63,834 nucleotides of DNA, filler included, from Intoshia linei (GCA_001642005.1; 5 parts of 5 records of this genome joined end to end with filler, not necessarily neighbours in it); one strand, 5' to 3'. Counted from the first letter of the whole stretch, positions 11,141-26,636 are shown. The notes: a model not told the origin generated them from the letters alone. Program-made: numbers and translations.

Positions 11141-11569
11141 ATTAGCGATTTGTGTGATAACTTTTTATGTAAAGGTGGCAGAAGAAAAATAATAGTATCA
11201 ACAAGCGTATTTTTTAATACCTTTTTTAATAGGGATGAAATATTCACGAAAATTAATGTTAATAGACCAAAAAATAATATAAATCGGTTGGACCTATGTT
11301 TATTGCGCGCACTGTATGTTGTAATGGAGGAGTTGGTTTAAAAAGCTTGAGAACCCCTGCTGTTACCCCTGTTAGTGTATAGCTTTTAGTACATAAATAC
11401 TAGTTTGTTTTGGTTATATACTAACGGTACATTACTGTATTCGGTATTTGTTTACCATAATGTGGTATCTAGAATATTAATAATTTTTCATATTTCATGT
11501 TAATTAATTTAATTTTTTTTTTTAATTTTTAAATTTTACATTATTAAATTAATTAAATTTATTTTATAG

Positions 11570-14500
11570 ATTTGATGAAGCGATTGCTATATTAAACGAT
11601 TTAAAACTTTTTAGTCAAATTTTTGACATACAAGACGATGTTACTATTTCTAATGTAAATACTCTTGAAACAACACCTGTAAATTTGTATGAATGGATTA
11701 TTGCTGTGGTGAGATTTAGTATTATTATGAATTAAACAATTTTCTAAATTTAAAAATATTTACTACATAACTTTATTTTTTTGATGGGATTATGGAAATT
11801 TCATTATTAACATAATTAGCTAAAGATAGGTTTTCCACCCTTTTCGAAGCTTTATTCTTTTATGGTCTCAATTTTTTTTATTTCCAATAATTAAACATTC
11901 CATACATTGAAACAAAGAGTATCCAGTTCTTTTTATTCCACACTTTGCAGAATCTACAATTAAGTCAGGATGAAGGAAATAGAAAAAAATATATAATTTA
12001 TATCTACGATAGATTTAAATTTTAAATTTTTATAAAATTTGGTATGGCGCTTTGGCCACATTTCTCACATTAGAAACCTTGAATTATTGGAAAAAACTGA
12101 TAGATGAATTGGAAAACGTGCTCGATTTAATTTATATTATTTATGCATGTTACCGTCCGTTTGAAAAATTGTGTTTAATTATTGAAAAAATATGGTTAGA
12201 ATTATTTATTAAATACTATTTTCACTTTTTAATCTTAATAAAAAAATTCAAATTTATAATTCGTAAAGAGGAATATTTATTTTAATTAAACATTTATATT
12301 TAACCGACTTTTATGAATTTACATACAAACCACATATATGAAAAATCTTTGACAGCCAACTATTTGAGTTGTTTTTAAGCGTACATTGATCATTGAATTT
12401 CTAAATCTAGTTTTATTTATAGGTGTATTATTATGAACGTAAATCTGACTTATAAAATAGTTAAATCATCAATATCAATTATAATTTTGCACGATTTTTA
12501 TTTTAGTTGTTATACTTACTTTTTGCATTAAATGTACGGTTTCCTTTGGAATATTTTTTATACTTACAAAAACCTAACAATTTTGAGTTTATTCAATTTT
12601 ATCATCAGTTACTGCGTCATTCGATAAAGTGGAGAAAACTTTCTGGATCGGTTAAAAGTGCTTTTTTTATTGGCGTAACATATTTTAACAAGATTAGTAA
12701 AATAAAATTCATATAAACATATTATTCAAACATTGTAACATGTATAATGTAATGGAAAATTATAGGATAGTATTAGTTCATTTGATGATTTGATCGAAGA
12801 AAGTCAAAATGATTTTGAAACGGTAAAATTGATAAATTGTATTATTTCATGTTATTTTCAAAGGTTAACGATGAAGCTTATCAAAAAATTTCAACCAGTT
12901 CTGCAAAAGTAATTGAACTTATAGATAAAGACACTATGAGAGAAGTGGCTGGATTGGAAAAAAGGTTGTCTCATTTGAATATCATGTTTGAAAATGCAAA
13001 AACGTTAATACTTAAACAGGAATTGGCAGCAAAAGTATTTTTTACATTATTTCATTTTTTCAATCTGAACTATTCTACCAATATCCCTTGTTAGTTGGAT
13101 AGTACCCATTAAATCTTAAATGACTGATTTTTCACCGTGTCGTTTCATCAAATTATTTCCAGATTTTTTTTAAAGTACATTTCTCTCATTAATCTTTTTA
13201 AATTTTAGGGGTAATTTTATTTTTAAAAAAGTGTAATTAAGGGTTTTGGTCGAAGCTGTCATACTTTGAATTTGAAATTTATTTTAGTTTCGATACTGTA
13301 AAAAACTGACTTTGAATTTTCTTTTTAGAAATTTATACGACTATTTTGTAAATAAATGGTTACACAAAAACATCAATTTTTAACAATTTTTACTTTATGT
13401 AAGTAATTACTAATTACTTATATTTGCTGTTATTATTTAATATTTAGTTTATATTTTTATTCATTATTATGACTATATTTATATTATCTGTTAATTATTT
13501 TCGATATATTTTTTAATTTTATATATTATTTATATTTTTTATAAATTTGACACTTAAAAATTTTAAATATGCGACATTTAATTTGTTTGGTCAATGGGTC
13601 AAAAAGTTTGGTGACGACTCTTAAATTTCAACATCATTTAAACAAAATAAAAATGGATTTAGGAAGTTTCTGCAATTACTCAAAATATAATATGCGTGGG
13701 GGATTCAAGCAAATATTCCAGCGCTTGTCATTTATTGTTGAAAAAATTGTACGGAATGACTGATACACTTAAAAAGCTTTACGATGTAATGTCAAGATGT
13801 ACAATTTCGAAAAATGAAGTATGCCACAACCTGGGTGTTCGACTTAGGTACGTGTTCTTTATATTGTCTTTTTATTTGTTAATTTTAATAATTTATTTAG
13901 ATGGATTATATATACCCAAAAACTTATAGTTGAAGTTGACAATGATATTGTGTTGTACAATTCAATATTTCGGAATAATGGACGTCGAATGAACATTGTC
14001 AGGCAAATTTATGAAGCTCCAGCGTTATACGTTAAACTTTTATATGAATCAACTCGTCGTTATGAATATTCTGAACTACTCAGAAGTTGGATACTAAAAA
14101 CTAGTAAAATTGCTCAAAAATTATATCAAGATGAATGTTCGAGACGCGAAAAGATTGATAAAATTATAGACACAAATTTTTTGCGTTGTATGTTTCAAGG
14201 CTTGATGGGAATACCTCCAAAATTTGCTACGGAACCTTTATTAAATTTTGATGAAAAACTAATTCATTTTGATAAATCTGAAATTGATCAACTTAAAAAA
14301 ACAATGGAGGAAAAATTTAACATTTCAATCGAATTTAATGATACTTCTATTGAAGATTTTAAAAATTTAGTTTATGAACAAGAATTTGATACAAACGATG
14401 GAACTGTCAATAAATGCAATTTTTATATACCTAAAGATATTCCAACGCGTAGTACTAGCGTCTGCTCTGAACCATATTTTAAAATTAAAACAAACAGTTG

Positions 14501-16741
14501 CCAGAATTGTAAATCTCACAGTGATATTGCAGAAAAAGCAGATGACTTTGAAATTCTCCAGTCTAGTTTTAAAATTGAAAACTCTAAATCAAGCAACCTG
14601 TCAATTATTTCACACCACACTACATCTTCTTTTACAGATGCAGATTATTTGAGTGCTTCAGAATCTCATTTGTGCGTATCTAACCATTGCCGAGACGTTA
14701 GAGATAACCTTTCGATCAAAAATAAACAACTAGTTTCTGAAAACCACCAGTTAAAACAACAAATCGCTAATCTGTTAAAAGAAAAATCGTCAGTAAAAAC
14801 CCTACCCACCAATATTAATAATAATCCACAATTACAAAATGTATCAAATAGAATGGAAGAATTTAAATTAGATTTTGTTGACTTAAAAAAAAATGTACAA
14901 ATTTTAAAAAATTTGGATGGTATTTTACGTAATTTGTTATTGGAGTTTTTTTCTGCAGGCGAAATTAAAAAAAATATTTCATCTTTAAAAATGCTTGTAC
15001 TTAAAAATACTATATTAAAATCTATTCAAAATGTTACAAATTCACTTAATTACCTTGCAAATTTGAATATTTTTGATTATTCGTGCGATACACAAGAATT
15101 GGAAATTAGCATTGAACCTGAACAACTATTTGATATTAAAACTAAATTGGAATTTTTAAATAATATGTCCGTTTCTTTATCTAAATCTATTCATAGTCTA
15201 TTTTCTTGTAATGTTTTCAAAGATTTTCCTAATGTAATTTTTTTAGTTCTTCTATTATATCTATTTTAGAAACGGGATATTTCTAAGGATGGTGAATATC
15301 ATTCGATTGATATAGGTTTTTATTTTGAAATATAGGTTTAAAATAGGGTTGACACTATTTTGCCAGTGGGCCAACAGGGATAGATCCAAGAGGTTAGTTA
15401 ATGGGGTGCGAGCGAAGCGAGCAATATATTGAACTTTAAAAAATTTAGGGGTGTCTTTTTTAGTATCAAGGAGTCTAATTTGATTTTAAAGCGTGTCTTT
15501 TAATTTCATTTAAAGGTTGTTTAGTACATACAATAGTTTCCAAATTTGTATTGTTTCGCAAAAATAAAAAAAATGTAATGTTATGCGCTATCTATATTGT
15601 TTTAATAAATTAAAACTTTTTTCAGTTATTTACAAAACATTAATTAAAAATTTAGGGGTGCAACTGCACCTTTTGCACCCCTTGAATCCGCCCCTGGCCA
15701 AATAATTTATTTGTTTCTATATTTAAAATTATTGGCTCATTTAAATTAATACTTTATTAACGCAGTTTTCTAAATTATCAAAAGTCAAGATGCCTGTTAC
15801 CAGTTTTTCTCTGATTTCATAACCGGAAAAAACCCTCATGGTATCGCGTGAGTTTTTAATTAAATCACTAGTTTATCACATCGCAGGACAGATAAAAATG
15901 CTAAACTGGTAAAATTTTCAATCCCTGCTTTAACATTGTACTTGATTGTTTAAATTTTTATAAAATTTATCATTCTAAAATTCACTTTTACCAAACCTTA
16001 AGGAAAAAATCCACTTAATTGATTTATAAATGATATTTTATATTTTAACATTAGATGATACCGCACAAAATGTTAATATTGATGAAAAAGAAAGTAAAAT
16101 GATTGACGTAACACAAAATTTGGATCAAATGCAAACCATATCGGTAAATAATAAATGACATGCCATAATTTATTTTTAACACATTATATTTTTTATTTAT
16201 AAAATTTCATCTTTCTTGAAACGTATGCAAATAGAATCAATTATGTTGTTTTATATTTATTTAATTGGCTCCTTTTCGTCTATCCTTGACAAATTATCAT
16301 GTTTATTTGATTAATGTATTGAATGTGGTTTGATATAATCTATTCATTGAGCGAGTTAATTTACCAAATCTATACCTTAACATAATTTATTTAGAAAAAT
16401 ACCGACAAAGCATACGCATCTTTAAACGATATAAAAATTAATGACATTGTTATATTTTTGAAATGTGCAGAATTTGGACATTTTATGTTACTACACATGT
16501 ATGAATCAGTAGAACCGTACTACTTTTTGAATACATCAAATATTAAACATTTTGAAGAGCTGGGTAATGATAAAATTAAAATTTAAAATTATACATTTAA
16601 AATTTAGACAATTTTAAATATTGTGTCGCCAAAATTGAAAAATTATCGTTTATCGACAAAGAAAATGAATCTAAATACAACCTACCAATCGGATATACAT
16701 TTATCCTAGTAGATGCAAGCATAATCTTCACTTCAAACTAG
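11570..16741 (+). CDS. RB1CC1: RB1CC1/FIP200 (Atg11/Atg17 autophagy scaffold), N-terminus missing
   Basis: Exons 11570-11708, 12766-12822, 12864-13034, 13663-13847, 13901-15233, ~15270-15313, ~16055-16143, 16395-16563, 16608-16741. Motifs LYEWI, MREVAGLEKRL, CTISKNEVCHNLGVRLRW and IYEAPALY, then the C-terminal Claw domain (INDIVIFL..YYFLN..YNLPIGYTFILVDA). Confidence 0.8.
15375..15696. mobile_element. MITE with CAGGG(G)CGGATTCAAG-type TIRs
   Basis: Ends cagggatagatccaag and cttgaatccgcccctg, with GC-rich subterminal ggggtgc motifs, inside an RB1CC1 intron. Confidence 0.55.
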
Positions 16742-17054
16742 CCTTAAATTAATTTGAATCATTACATTGTTATTAATTTACTTGTTTATAATGGTATTAA
16801 ACATTAATATTAACTAAATTTGAATGTATTAATTTGATGGGAGGTTCTTGTAATAATTTATTGTTGAAACAATTACAGACTTCCCCCATTGTAAATTTAA
16901 AGAACAAACAAGATTAAACTAGTTTGCAATTTAAGCTGAAGGATTATACTGCGGGCATGACTTGAAACTAATTTTTAGCTTTTCAATTATTTATTTTATA
17001 TTGTCAAATATCTATCTTATTTTGATGACGCAATTGGTAGTATAAATTAAACCT

Positions 17055-20000
17055 ATGGATAATGTCATAGTGTCACAGTTAAAGGACTACAGTGTCATCG
17101 GTCCTAAAAGTATTAAAGACGACGAATCTCAAAATTTGGATTTAAAGTATTTAAAAATTACTGACAAAATTAGCATCGAAAAAAACGTCAATACCTTCAA
17201 AGCTACACAACCCATTAAAAAGAACTCTGTGTTTGTTCCAAATATTAATCAAAATTCGCGAGCCAGAATTAAGGAGGAAGCTCAGATTTATTTTTGGGAT
17301 ATTAACGATATCGATACTTTACCTGAAGTTTTTTATTTTATTTAAATTTCTATATATTTTTAGAATTTTGTACACTTTGATCAATTTGATTTGTGGCTAG
17401 ATGGTAATCTTAAAAAATGCTTTTATGCCAAACAACACAATGTCAAACATCACACCAGTGGTTGGGCTGTAATTTATATATTTTTTTATTTACGCTAATT
17501 AATTAATTAATAGAAAAATTTAATATTTGCATTAATTGCTTGTTTTAAGTATTATAATAAAACAATAAGTGTATATTATATATCTATTAAATAGATATAT
17601 TTAAGATTAATTTTTAAACGCGGAAATTTTCTCTATATTCAGAACTCATTATTTCTGTTTAATCCATAATTTTTATGATTAAATTTTAATTTGAAATCCG
17701 TTGATCCAATTAATATATTTTATAATGCTATTATGTGGATGAAGAAAATGAATGTTTTGTAAAGAGATATAAATTAGTAAATTGACCATTTATGGTAAAT
17801 TTTACAGTATATTTACTATACACGTGTATATTATACAGGTAGTATGGTACACACGTGTATTGTAAATAATTACAATATTGGTTTGCTAATACTAATAATA
17901 ATAATTTACAATATTAAATTTAATTTACCAAAGTTAATTCAAATATTGGTATACTAAAAAATTGATACATGCAAATTTTTTTATATTTAAATGTCTTATA
18001 AGTTACAAATTGTCACTGAGATCCTCTAATTGAACCTGGGGCTCCTCTAATTTTGAAATTACGATGGTTTACCATATAAATTTTATTCTGACAGTTTTAT
18101 GAAATTTAAGAATTAAATCCTTTCAATTTTTAATAAACTACCGCATTCATTTGAACCGGATAGCTAGTTGGGACTGACAATGAATCTAGTGCGGCGGTTC
18201 CCAATATATTTCAAAGTTGGTATCCCTAAACTAAAAAAAAATAATTTGGTACCCATAATAATTAAAATTTGGGATAACTATGGCACCATATAACTCAAAA
18301 AAATTCCTTTAAAAATTTAAAATTGTTAAAACTCTACTTGATAGAAAATGAATATTTGAAAAATCTTTAATGATTGAACTGACGAAATAGGAACATACAT
18401 ATATTTAATATACAACCTTAAAATCGCAGAGACTATCAAATAGACGTAAATACATAAGGAACTAAGTATTTTTATTTTCTATTATTTTTGGGAAACAATA
18501 TCTATAATTTATGAGTCATAGTACCAGACGAATTGATACCCAAAATAATTTCTAATTTCCCAGTACCCCAATTTGGTAACCGCTGACCTATTGGAACAAG
18601 TAGGTCAGTATCTATTGAAGGATTGATTGAATATGTTTCAATGTACATGCGACTTTACTATATATTCAGCTTAAAAAAATATTAATTTATTAAATTTATT
18701 TTAAATACGTCAAAAATCTAGATAACGCTTCTATGCATTACGATGGGGCCTGGGAAAAATTTATTTATAAAGGTGAAACGCCATTAAACCCACGATTTCA
18801 TTAGTTTAAACTTTAAACCATTTAAACTTTTTGTATTATATTCATCCAGTTTCAATTATAAATTCTCGAAAATATGCTATATAAAAGAACTGGGTAGCGT
18901 TTATGTTTAGAAATGTGGAACGTTTCCTTAATATACATTTTAAATTAGTAAAACTACTGTAGAGTACATGAGAAAATTTTTATTGCTAAAGGGAAACAGA
19001 AGGGGAAATCGCTGCTTTGAATATGTGAATTAGCGATGCATAATTTTAAATTGAACCATTTTTGGTGGGTGTCAATAAAATAGATAAGTTCTGGTATAAT
19101 CAAGATTCAAAATGAGCGTCACTGCAGCCTGTAAAACTAATGGTTGAGATTAGTAAAATATCTAGAAACTTACTTACAAATTGTAAGTTACAATTAGTTA
19201 ATATTACAATAAGCTATTTGTAATAAGTTTTTTAAATATATTTTTGGCGGTTAAATTACGGACAAACATGTACGGACACGGGCATGCATACTGGTCTATT
19301 TTTTATCGGTCATTCGATGGTATTGGCGGGTCGTTCATAGCCCAGTTGATAACATTATACTTTATTAATTTATAATTTAGATGAGAAATACCAACAATCA
19401 TAATGCCAGTATTTTAGTAATTTTTTTATTATTCATGCAATATAATATTCTACTTGCGTATTTAATCGTCTGTCTGAATCAATGTTTTTTAAATTGGTTC
19501 CGTGTCACGTATACTTGAATTGTACTATAAATAATCTATCTTAATATATATTTACATTCATACTTTCAAAATGGAAGTGTGTTCAAAAATAATTTACTAG
19601 ATTTTTCAATGATTTTAACTGAATGGTTAACATAATGATTCCAAATGCAGTGGTTTATTATGAACCATACAATGTCAAAAATGTGTATATTTAAATTGAA
19701 TTTTAAAATCTTTAATTTTACATTGTTTTAAATAATATTTATTTAATAAATCATCAAATTGTAATCATGTTAGAAGTAATAAACTTTCGGTTTTGGTACC
19801 TGCAAAAGGTTAAAAACTACTTATTTAAAATACAATATAGTCGGTTAAAACCAAGAAAATCTTTAAAAATTGAGACGACTAAAGAAATTTGCATTATTCG
19901 GAACAATTAAAAATGATTGAAATACATTTTAAAAAACTAATTTTATTTTATAGAAAAAATCATGTTTGGGGATATTTGTGTGTCATAAAATGTGTACGAA

Positions 20001-23000
20001 TACAATATCAAATTCAATTTGTTACATTAGACCGGCTATATGTGAGAAAGCTAGAGCTCGACAGATAAGTTACCTCGAAATATCATTATTTAATATACTT
20101 AGGGAGTCCTTGCGTCAATCAAAACTGCGACGGTATAGTGAGTCACATTAAATGTAGCGGTAATCGTGGCCATCCTGTCACACATTTGTGGCGACGCATT
20201 GGGGACACATTTTTCTTCGAATCTAAAGGTTTCTTTAATTTATTATTATTCAATATCACCAGCTAATAGCGACAGATAACAATCTTCCTGATTGATGAGA
20301 AGTATATAAAAAAACATTTTTGTTGATTTTCAAATTTATTATTATTATTATTATTAATTATTAAAATTTTATTTTATTGTGTAATTTTTGAAGGAATTTT
20401 ATGCGGATGTATCCAGATAATAAGATTAAATTGATAATTTATAAACTATAGCCCTGTGGTACGGTCTGAACGAGTCGGTCGTTACTGTGTATGTGATTAA
20501 TTAATAATTCAAATATTGGACAGCATACAGTTCATGATGCACTGATTGTAGCCTAAAAAAATTACTATACGATACGGTACGGGCTAACGGTACGATTAAA
20601 AAAATAAACGACGGGTCTGGTACAAACTAGTCAACATCGAATTTTGATAAAACGGTTAGTTTAAAACGGAAATTGTTGATCCTTGAAGGGTTCTATATAA
20701 ACAACCATATATAAATACTTTTAAGAATAATTTATTTATTTAAAAATGTTAAATCTATTCTAAGCGGTCATTTCTTAAATTTTTTTTTAAAAAATTGCAG
20801 TGCTGATGAAAAAATCACTGAAGTGGTCGGCAAAAGTGTCTTGTACACAACGGTTCTATCAAATTTTGAATTTTCTATACATTTATCGTTCCATCAAAGT
20901 GTCATTTTTTTAATTTTTTGCAATAATAATATTTTTTAAAAATTTGATATTTTACGTCACCTACTTGGTGAATAGTACTTTAAATGGTCATAATTAGGCA
21001 GTTTTTTATGGCAAAATGCCATTTTTTATATGATAATCAGCACGAAATTACAAGCATTATGATATCAATATTATGTTTATTAATTAGCTAATAAACAATT
21101 TATAAAGTCAATAAATGCCATAAAGTAAGTTTTTTTAAATGCCATTAAGTCAATATTTTTTTAAAATAATATTCGACTTAAAAAAATGATATTTATGATA
21201 TAATGAACAATAAAATTGAATAAATACCACCTTATCTATACAATTTATTAAGAAAAGAGCCATCTACCACATTTAGTGTTGAACGGAGTTTCAGTATGTT
21301 AAAAAAAATTGCTAACTAAACAGAGGCAATTTTTACCATATAATGTTAAGAAGTATATTATGTTATACTACAATAAACATTAATAATTTTCAACATCTTT
21401 AACATCACACAATGAGATTTACATCGTTTGTTTCATGTGCAGTTCCTTGTTATTCATATTTATTATTACACGCATAAATATTCCTTATTTTATTCATATT
21501 AATTTATTATGTAAAGTGACCGACACCATCATGATTAGGGCCTATGCGAATATTAAAATTAAGGTGTATTAAATATTTTATTGATTTAATTTAAGGCTTA
21601 CGAAAGGAAGGTGTGTGGTACGGTAGATTCAGTTGGTATTAACCATAGAAACACAAAAAAATTTTAAGGTCAGATAAAGTCAGTAAATTTAATTTATAGG
21701 TCAGTTTTTTTGTTATTATATAGGTCAATAAAAAATTGCTTTAGTCATAATGTAATCGATTATTTTATATAAAACTATGATGAGGGCAATAAGTATGTTT
21801 ATTACACCAATATTTTAAGATAAGGTTTAATACTAAACTATATAAGGGCTTATTAGCAAAACTGAATACACCAAACTCGAGGCTACCGAAAATGAAAAAT
21901 AGACCCTTAATAAATTCTTAAAAGATGTATAGTATCATATAGCTCTAGTCACCTCTGTAAGAATCTTGATTTGGCATTTTCAATTTAACATACAAAACAA
22001 TTATAACGTTCAAGAATTTAATTTTTTGATGTTCAATTTGGAAAAATTTCTTCAAAGTCCTCCAGAAGGTTTGTGAGTATGATAGGTTCATCCCTGGTTT
22101 TCAGGATAATATTTGCGAATGGAATTATTAATTGTTTTTTACTAAAATTTGAAAATATTTAATTATAATTTAAGATTTACAAATTCACAAATTTATTCAA
22201 ATGTCAATAAATGCTCAATTTATTTAAAATAAATTTTTTTAGTGTAAAAAATGTTACCATTTTAATTTTTTGAAAATCTTTAAATTTTTAAATTTCAAAT
22301 TTTTGACGTCACGATTAATTTAAGATGTTGATATTAAAAAATAAAATTCATAGTCTCGGTTTAACTCACCATTTAATTTTAAATCATTTTTTTTAATATA
22401 GCATCTTTAAATATGTCCATTGAACTTAATTATGACTAAACTAAATTAAAAAACTGATTAATTACACGGTGCAACAAAAATTAAACTTTTTTTTTGAGGA
22501 TTTTAAACAAAAATTCAGTACTGTCTCTCATAAATTGTAAAAATTTACTATAAAATTTTTAGACAAATCTATATAACCCAATAGTATAACCTAATCAACA
22601 GTAATCAACATATATAAGATCGTATTTAATAATTTGTATGTAAAATTATAAATTTTTAAAAGATTTCAGTATATTTGGTACTCATTCGATTTAGGTTATC
22701 TTAAAAACTACAATGAAACTATAAAAAAATAACAAATTAACTTTTTACATAAAATTTAGTTAAAATATCAATTAAAATTTTCAATGAAATTAGTTGAGCG
22801 TCTATTTTGTACTGTCCAATTCGGGGATTTACAAAAAAGCAAGCGTGCATATATTAAATATAAAATAAAGTGTATATTAAATAGAAAAGAAAGTTAAATT
22901 ATTGATCTAACTAATCTAATTTAACTAAAGAAATTATTGATCGTGATTTGCATTAAAATTACATGTTATATTTAGTACTACATGTATTAAAAATGTTAAT

Positions 23001-24743
23001 AAAACATGAAAAATTATAAGCTCTTTTTTGAATTCTTTTTATGAAAATTGTTACAAAATAACAACGTGACTCGAATCTATTGCTGCAAATAAAAATTAAA
23101 GATTACAAGTTTATTAAAATAATAAAATGAAAAGATTATAGTTTTAAAGGTTTTTACAGAAATCTACTGTAACGGCTCAAATACATAAATTACTTAAATG
23201 TAAACATACAATAAATAATAAAACAATAAATTGCAGAAATCTAGTAAAGGATATACTGCCTGAAACATTAAGTTACTACTCAAAAAATGCAGTTAAACAT
23301 TAAAATTTAAATATTTAAAATTACCATTCTTGACACTCTTTTGAATAAGCTAAGCTGATATTAACAACCCTATGAAAGTTAAATCATTTCACTGAAATGC
23401 AAAAATTTTATTAAACTATTGTAAACTATATACACTAAACATGTAGTTTCAATTTTTTTTGAATAATATTACCCGGGCATGAAAATTTACAAAATGGCGC
23501 TACACATTTACAGAGTTAAGATAACTAACATGTAAATAAATTATTTATATACTATAAATGTATAAAATATATCGATTGGTAGTCATTCCTTCACTAAATT
23601 GTCTAATTTATTGTAATAATTATAAATACATGTATAATAATGAGATGTATAATTTATAATGTAATTACTCATATAAAAATTATGCTTACTCTTTTATAAT
23701 TGCTCAAAATAGACAAGGATAATATATATTTAAAATATCTTGAATTTAAAATGGCCTCACTTTTTAATAATTTTTTCAACAGGTAATATTTACAATCAAT
23801 TTCCGTCGTTACTATCTAAATTTTATCAGAATTTGTTTTTTTATTAACGCACTAGATTTATAGTTTTTGATGACAATTTTCAAGGAAATCAAACCAATAT
23901 GATAAAAACGTAAAAATAATTGTAAAATTAGCAATATTAAATAAATTATCCAACTAATAGTAAATTATAATTATTTACATCTCTGAAAAACGTATTTTTA
24001 ATTAATAATACAAAATTTAGGATACCACAATCACCCTCGAGCAACATTTAGGTTTGTAAAGAGGAGAAGAGTAAATTTAAAAGTAAACAATGAAAACAAA
24101 GAAAAAGAAGATTTGCAAGTATTAAACTCATGTACATTAAATCGAAATCAGATAACAAATGCAACACGTCTTGTACCAATAAAAAAGATGACTGAAAAAA
24201 AGATAAAAAATGACAGTAAAGAAATAAAATTTGAAAAAAACTTAAAAGATTTTATGGGTCAACCTGAAAACACACAATTCTTGTGTGTAGAAACAAAAAA
24301 CAAGCTAGACAAAATGTGGTACTCTAACGATGCATTTAATGAACGAGGAATGAATAATTACGAATGCAGTCAAAGTTTCAATCAATTAAATGTCATTTAC
24401 GAAGATCCATGTAAATATACATTTGATGATTTAGGTACATTTAATTTATTAACATTTTAAAATTTTATTTATGCACCTTATAAATTTTATAGATAACAAT
24501 TTGATTGACTCTTACAATTTTTATGAGAAGACCGGAATTGATAAATCACTTGATTCAATGAAAGACCCCAAAAGAAAAATTAATTCAAATCGTACATCAC
24601 CAAATTCAAGTTCAGATAGTACCGTAATTGGGAGTAAAGAAATTGGTTACATCAGTACTCGACCTTCCTTATTACAATTAGACATTGACTTGAAGGATAT
24701 ATGTATATCAGAAATCCGAAACGATACATTTGAAAATGAATAA
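17055..24743 (+). CDS. gcm: Glial cells missing transcription factor
   Basis: Exons 17055-17327, 17364-17468, 19381-19416, 19954-20068, 20103-20228, 24021-24434, 24493-24743 give WDIND..FDQFDLWLDG..HTSGWA|MRNTNNHNASIL|KKSCLGIFVC..RPAICEKAR..CSGNRGHPVTHLWR..FFESKG|YHNHPR. This is the complete GCM domain with its Zn ligands. Confidence 0.93.
18192..18585 (+). mobile_element. hAT-type MITE (CAGCGGTTCCCAA TIR family)
   Basis: Ends cggcggttcccaa and ttggtaaccgctg. Degenerate TSD atctagtg/acctattg. Inverted copy at 32189-32620. Confidence 0.75.
21232..21383 (+). mobile_element. hAT transposase C-terminal remnant
   Basis: PSTTFSVERSFSMLKK(frameshift)LLTKQRQFLPYNVKKYIMLYYNKH* contains the hAT 'ERxFS' motif. 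Confidence 0.65.
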
Positions 24744-26636
24744 TTTGTATTAATTATTTTAATTACTAACCACCAAATCAATTAAATTCATCATTTTAAA
24801 TTTTGAATTTAAAATTATAAAATTTCAATTGTTAATTTTATACACTTTTATTTTTATTTATTTATTTTTTATATTTACACTGGTTCAGATTGAGCGGTCT
24901 ATATTTTTAAAAAAATTTGTACATTATGAGATAATGAAAAGTATCTAAAATTAAAAAAATTATAATTAATTATATGATGAATTAACAATTATGAGCCCAT
25001 GTATCTATAATTTATACAATTAAAAATTTCATATGAAACACTTGATAAAAATTTTAAAACCGCAAAGCTTCAATCTGAAATAGCTGTTTGTTTATTATAT
25101 TATACTTAAATTTCAAAATCCACACAGACACAAATCAAAAATTAACATACTTAATTTTTTTTAATTTTCTAGGACTATTTTCATTTGTTTTGATTTGATT
25201 GTGAAAATGGAATTTTCTTAGTTAAATTTTAAAATTGAAAATAATGATAATGTTGATAATTATAAAATTTGTCAGATTGTGTATTTTTTATAATTCTAAG
25301 AATTGTTTGAATTAAAAAAAAAAGATAATTAGGGGTTTTGACATTGAAAGACTCAATTTCTGATAATGAAATTTACGATAAAATATCACTACACTTCACT
25401 GTATTGAAAACTGTAATAGAAATATGTAATTGTTAAAATTCGACACCTCTTACTTTCTTTTGTGTAATGTAACAGACAAATAAACAGACGCTCATTTGTG
25501 TGTAACCATTTATTTAGAAAACTGAAATTTCAAGAAATTTATAAAACAAAAATTCCAAGTTATTTTTTTTCGACTCAGAAAGTAAATAAATTTCAATTTT
25601 AGAAATTTGCACTTTAATAGTTAAAAACTAAAATTACTTTTTTGTTTTTAAATGAAAAAAAACAAATGAGCATCCCAAATTATGAAAAAACATATCAAGC
25701 TGGAAGCCATGAAAAAATAAAAAATATACCTATTTTTGTGCAAACGATGCATAGTGTCATATAACCCCTAGCCCTAACATATCTAAGAATTTTGACTTGA
25801 TTTTTTAAATTTAATACGCAGAATAGGTGATGTTCAAGAATAATTTTAAATTAATAATACTTTTTTAATGTTCAATTTGGTAAAATGAGGCCATAATTTA
25901 ATCAAAATCATCATTTCGTTGAGGCTCAGAAGAGGGGAATCGGTATGGTAGGTTCGGCACTGTATATCAGTCTCATCAATTTTATTATGAGATTTGCATC
26001 TTCAAATTCAAAATAAAAACACACATAACTCTGAAAATAAAACATTTAAGATAAAGAGTGGGTATAATTCAAACTGAGAACAACAACTATAACTCGTATC
26101 AAATATATTATCAACACATTAATTATTTCAATTTCAATGTGTGATTATACTTAGTCCTATTAGTAATGGTACTACTTTACTGATTGTTTACTATCTGGTT
26201 ATCGATTTTAAGTGAAATTTATATTTTTAATAGGGTTTTTTGAAATATTTTTGCCAATATTGCTTATTTATATACTGTAGTAAAAATGTAATTATTACAT
26301 TGTAACTTTGTGTTACATACATGTATATGTTTTATTTACATTATATAATCATATGCAATAATAAAAATCATTAAAAGTGAAATGTTAACTTTACAAGTAA
26401 TGTATATTAGTTAGTTCCATGAATCCAGTTATGAAATTTATATTAATGACATTGTTAACTATAAATGCATAATTTAAATTAATTTTGAGCTAAAAAATCA
26501 ATAATGATTAAATTCAAGTTAGGATTACAGTTGGGAAAGTAAAACTGAAATAAACTAATGTCTGTAAATTGCATGTAGATATTGATCAATATTGAGTTTT
26601 AAGATTATAGTAGTAATAACTTGTATTAATGAAAAT

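Noticed and set aside
9404-11708. AF10-RB1CC1 fusion gene
   Set aside because: Exon 9404-9507 ends in phase 1 whereas the 11570 exon needs phase 2, a terminal exon with a stop follows at 9549-9577, and a gap intervenes.
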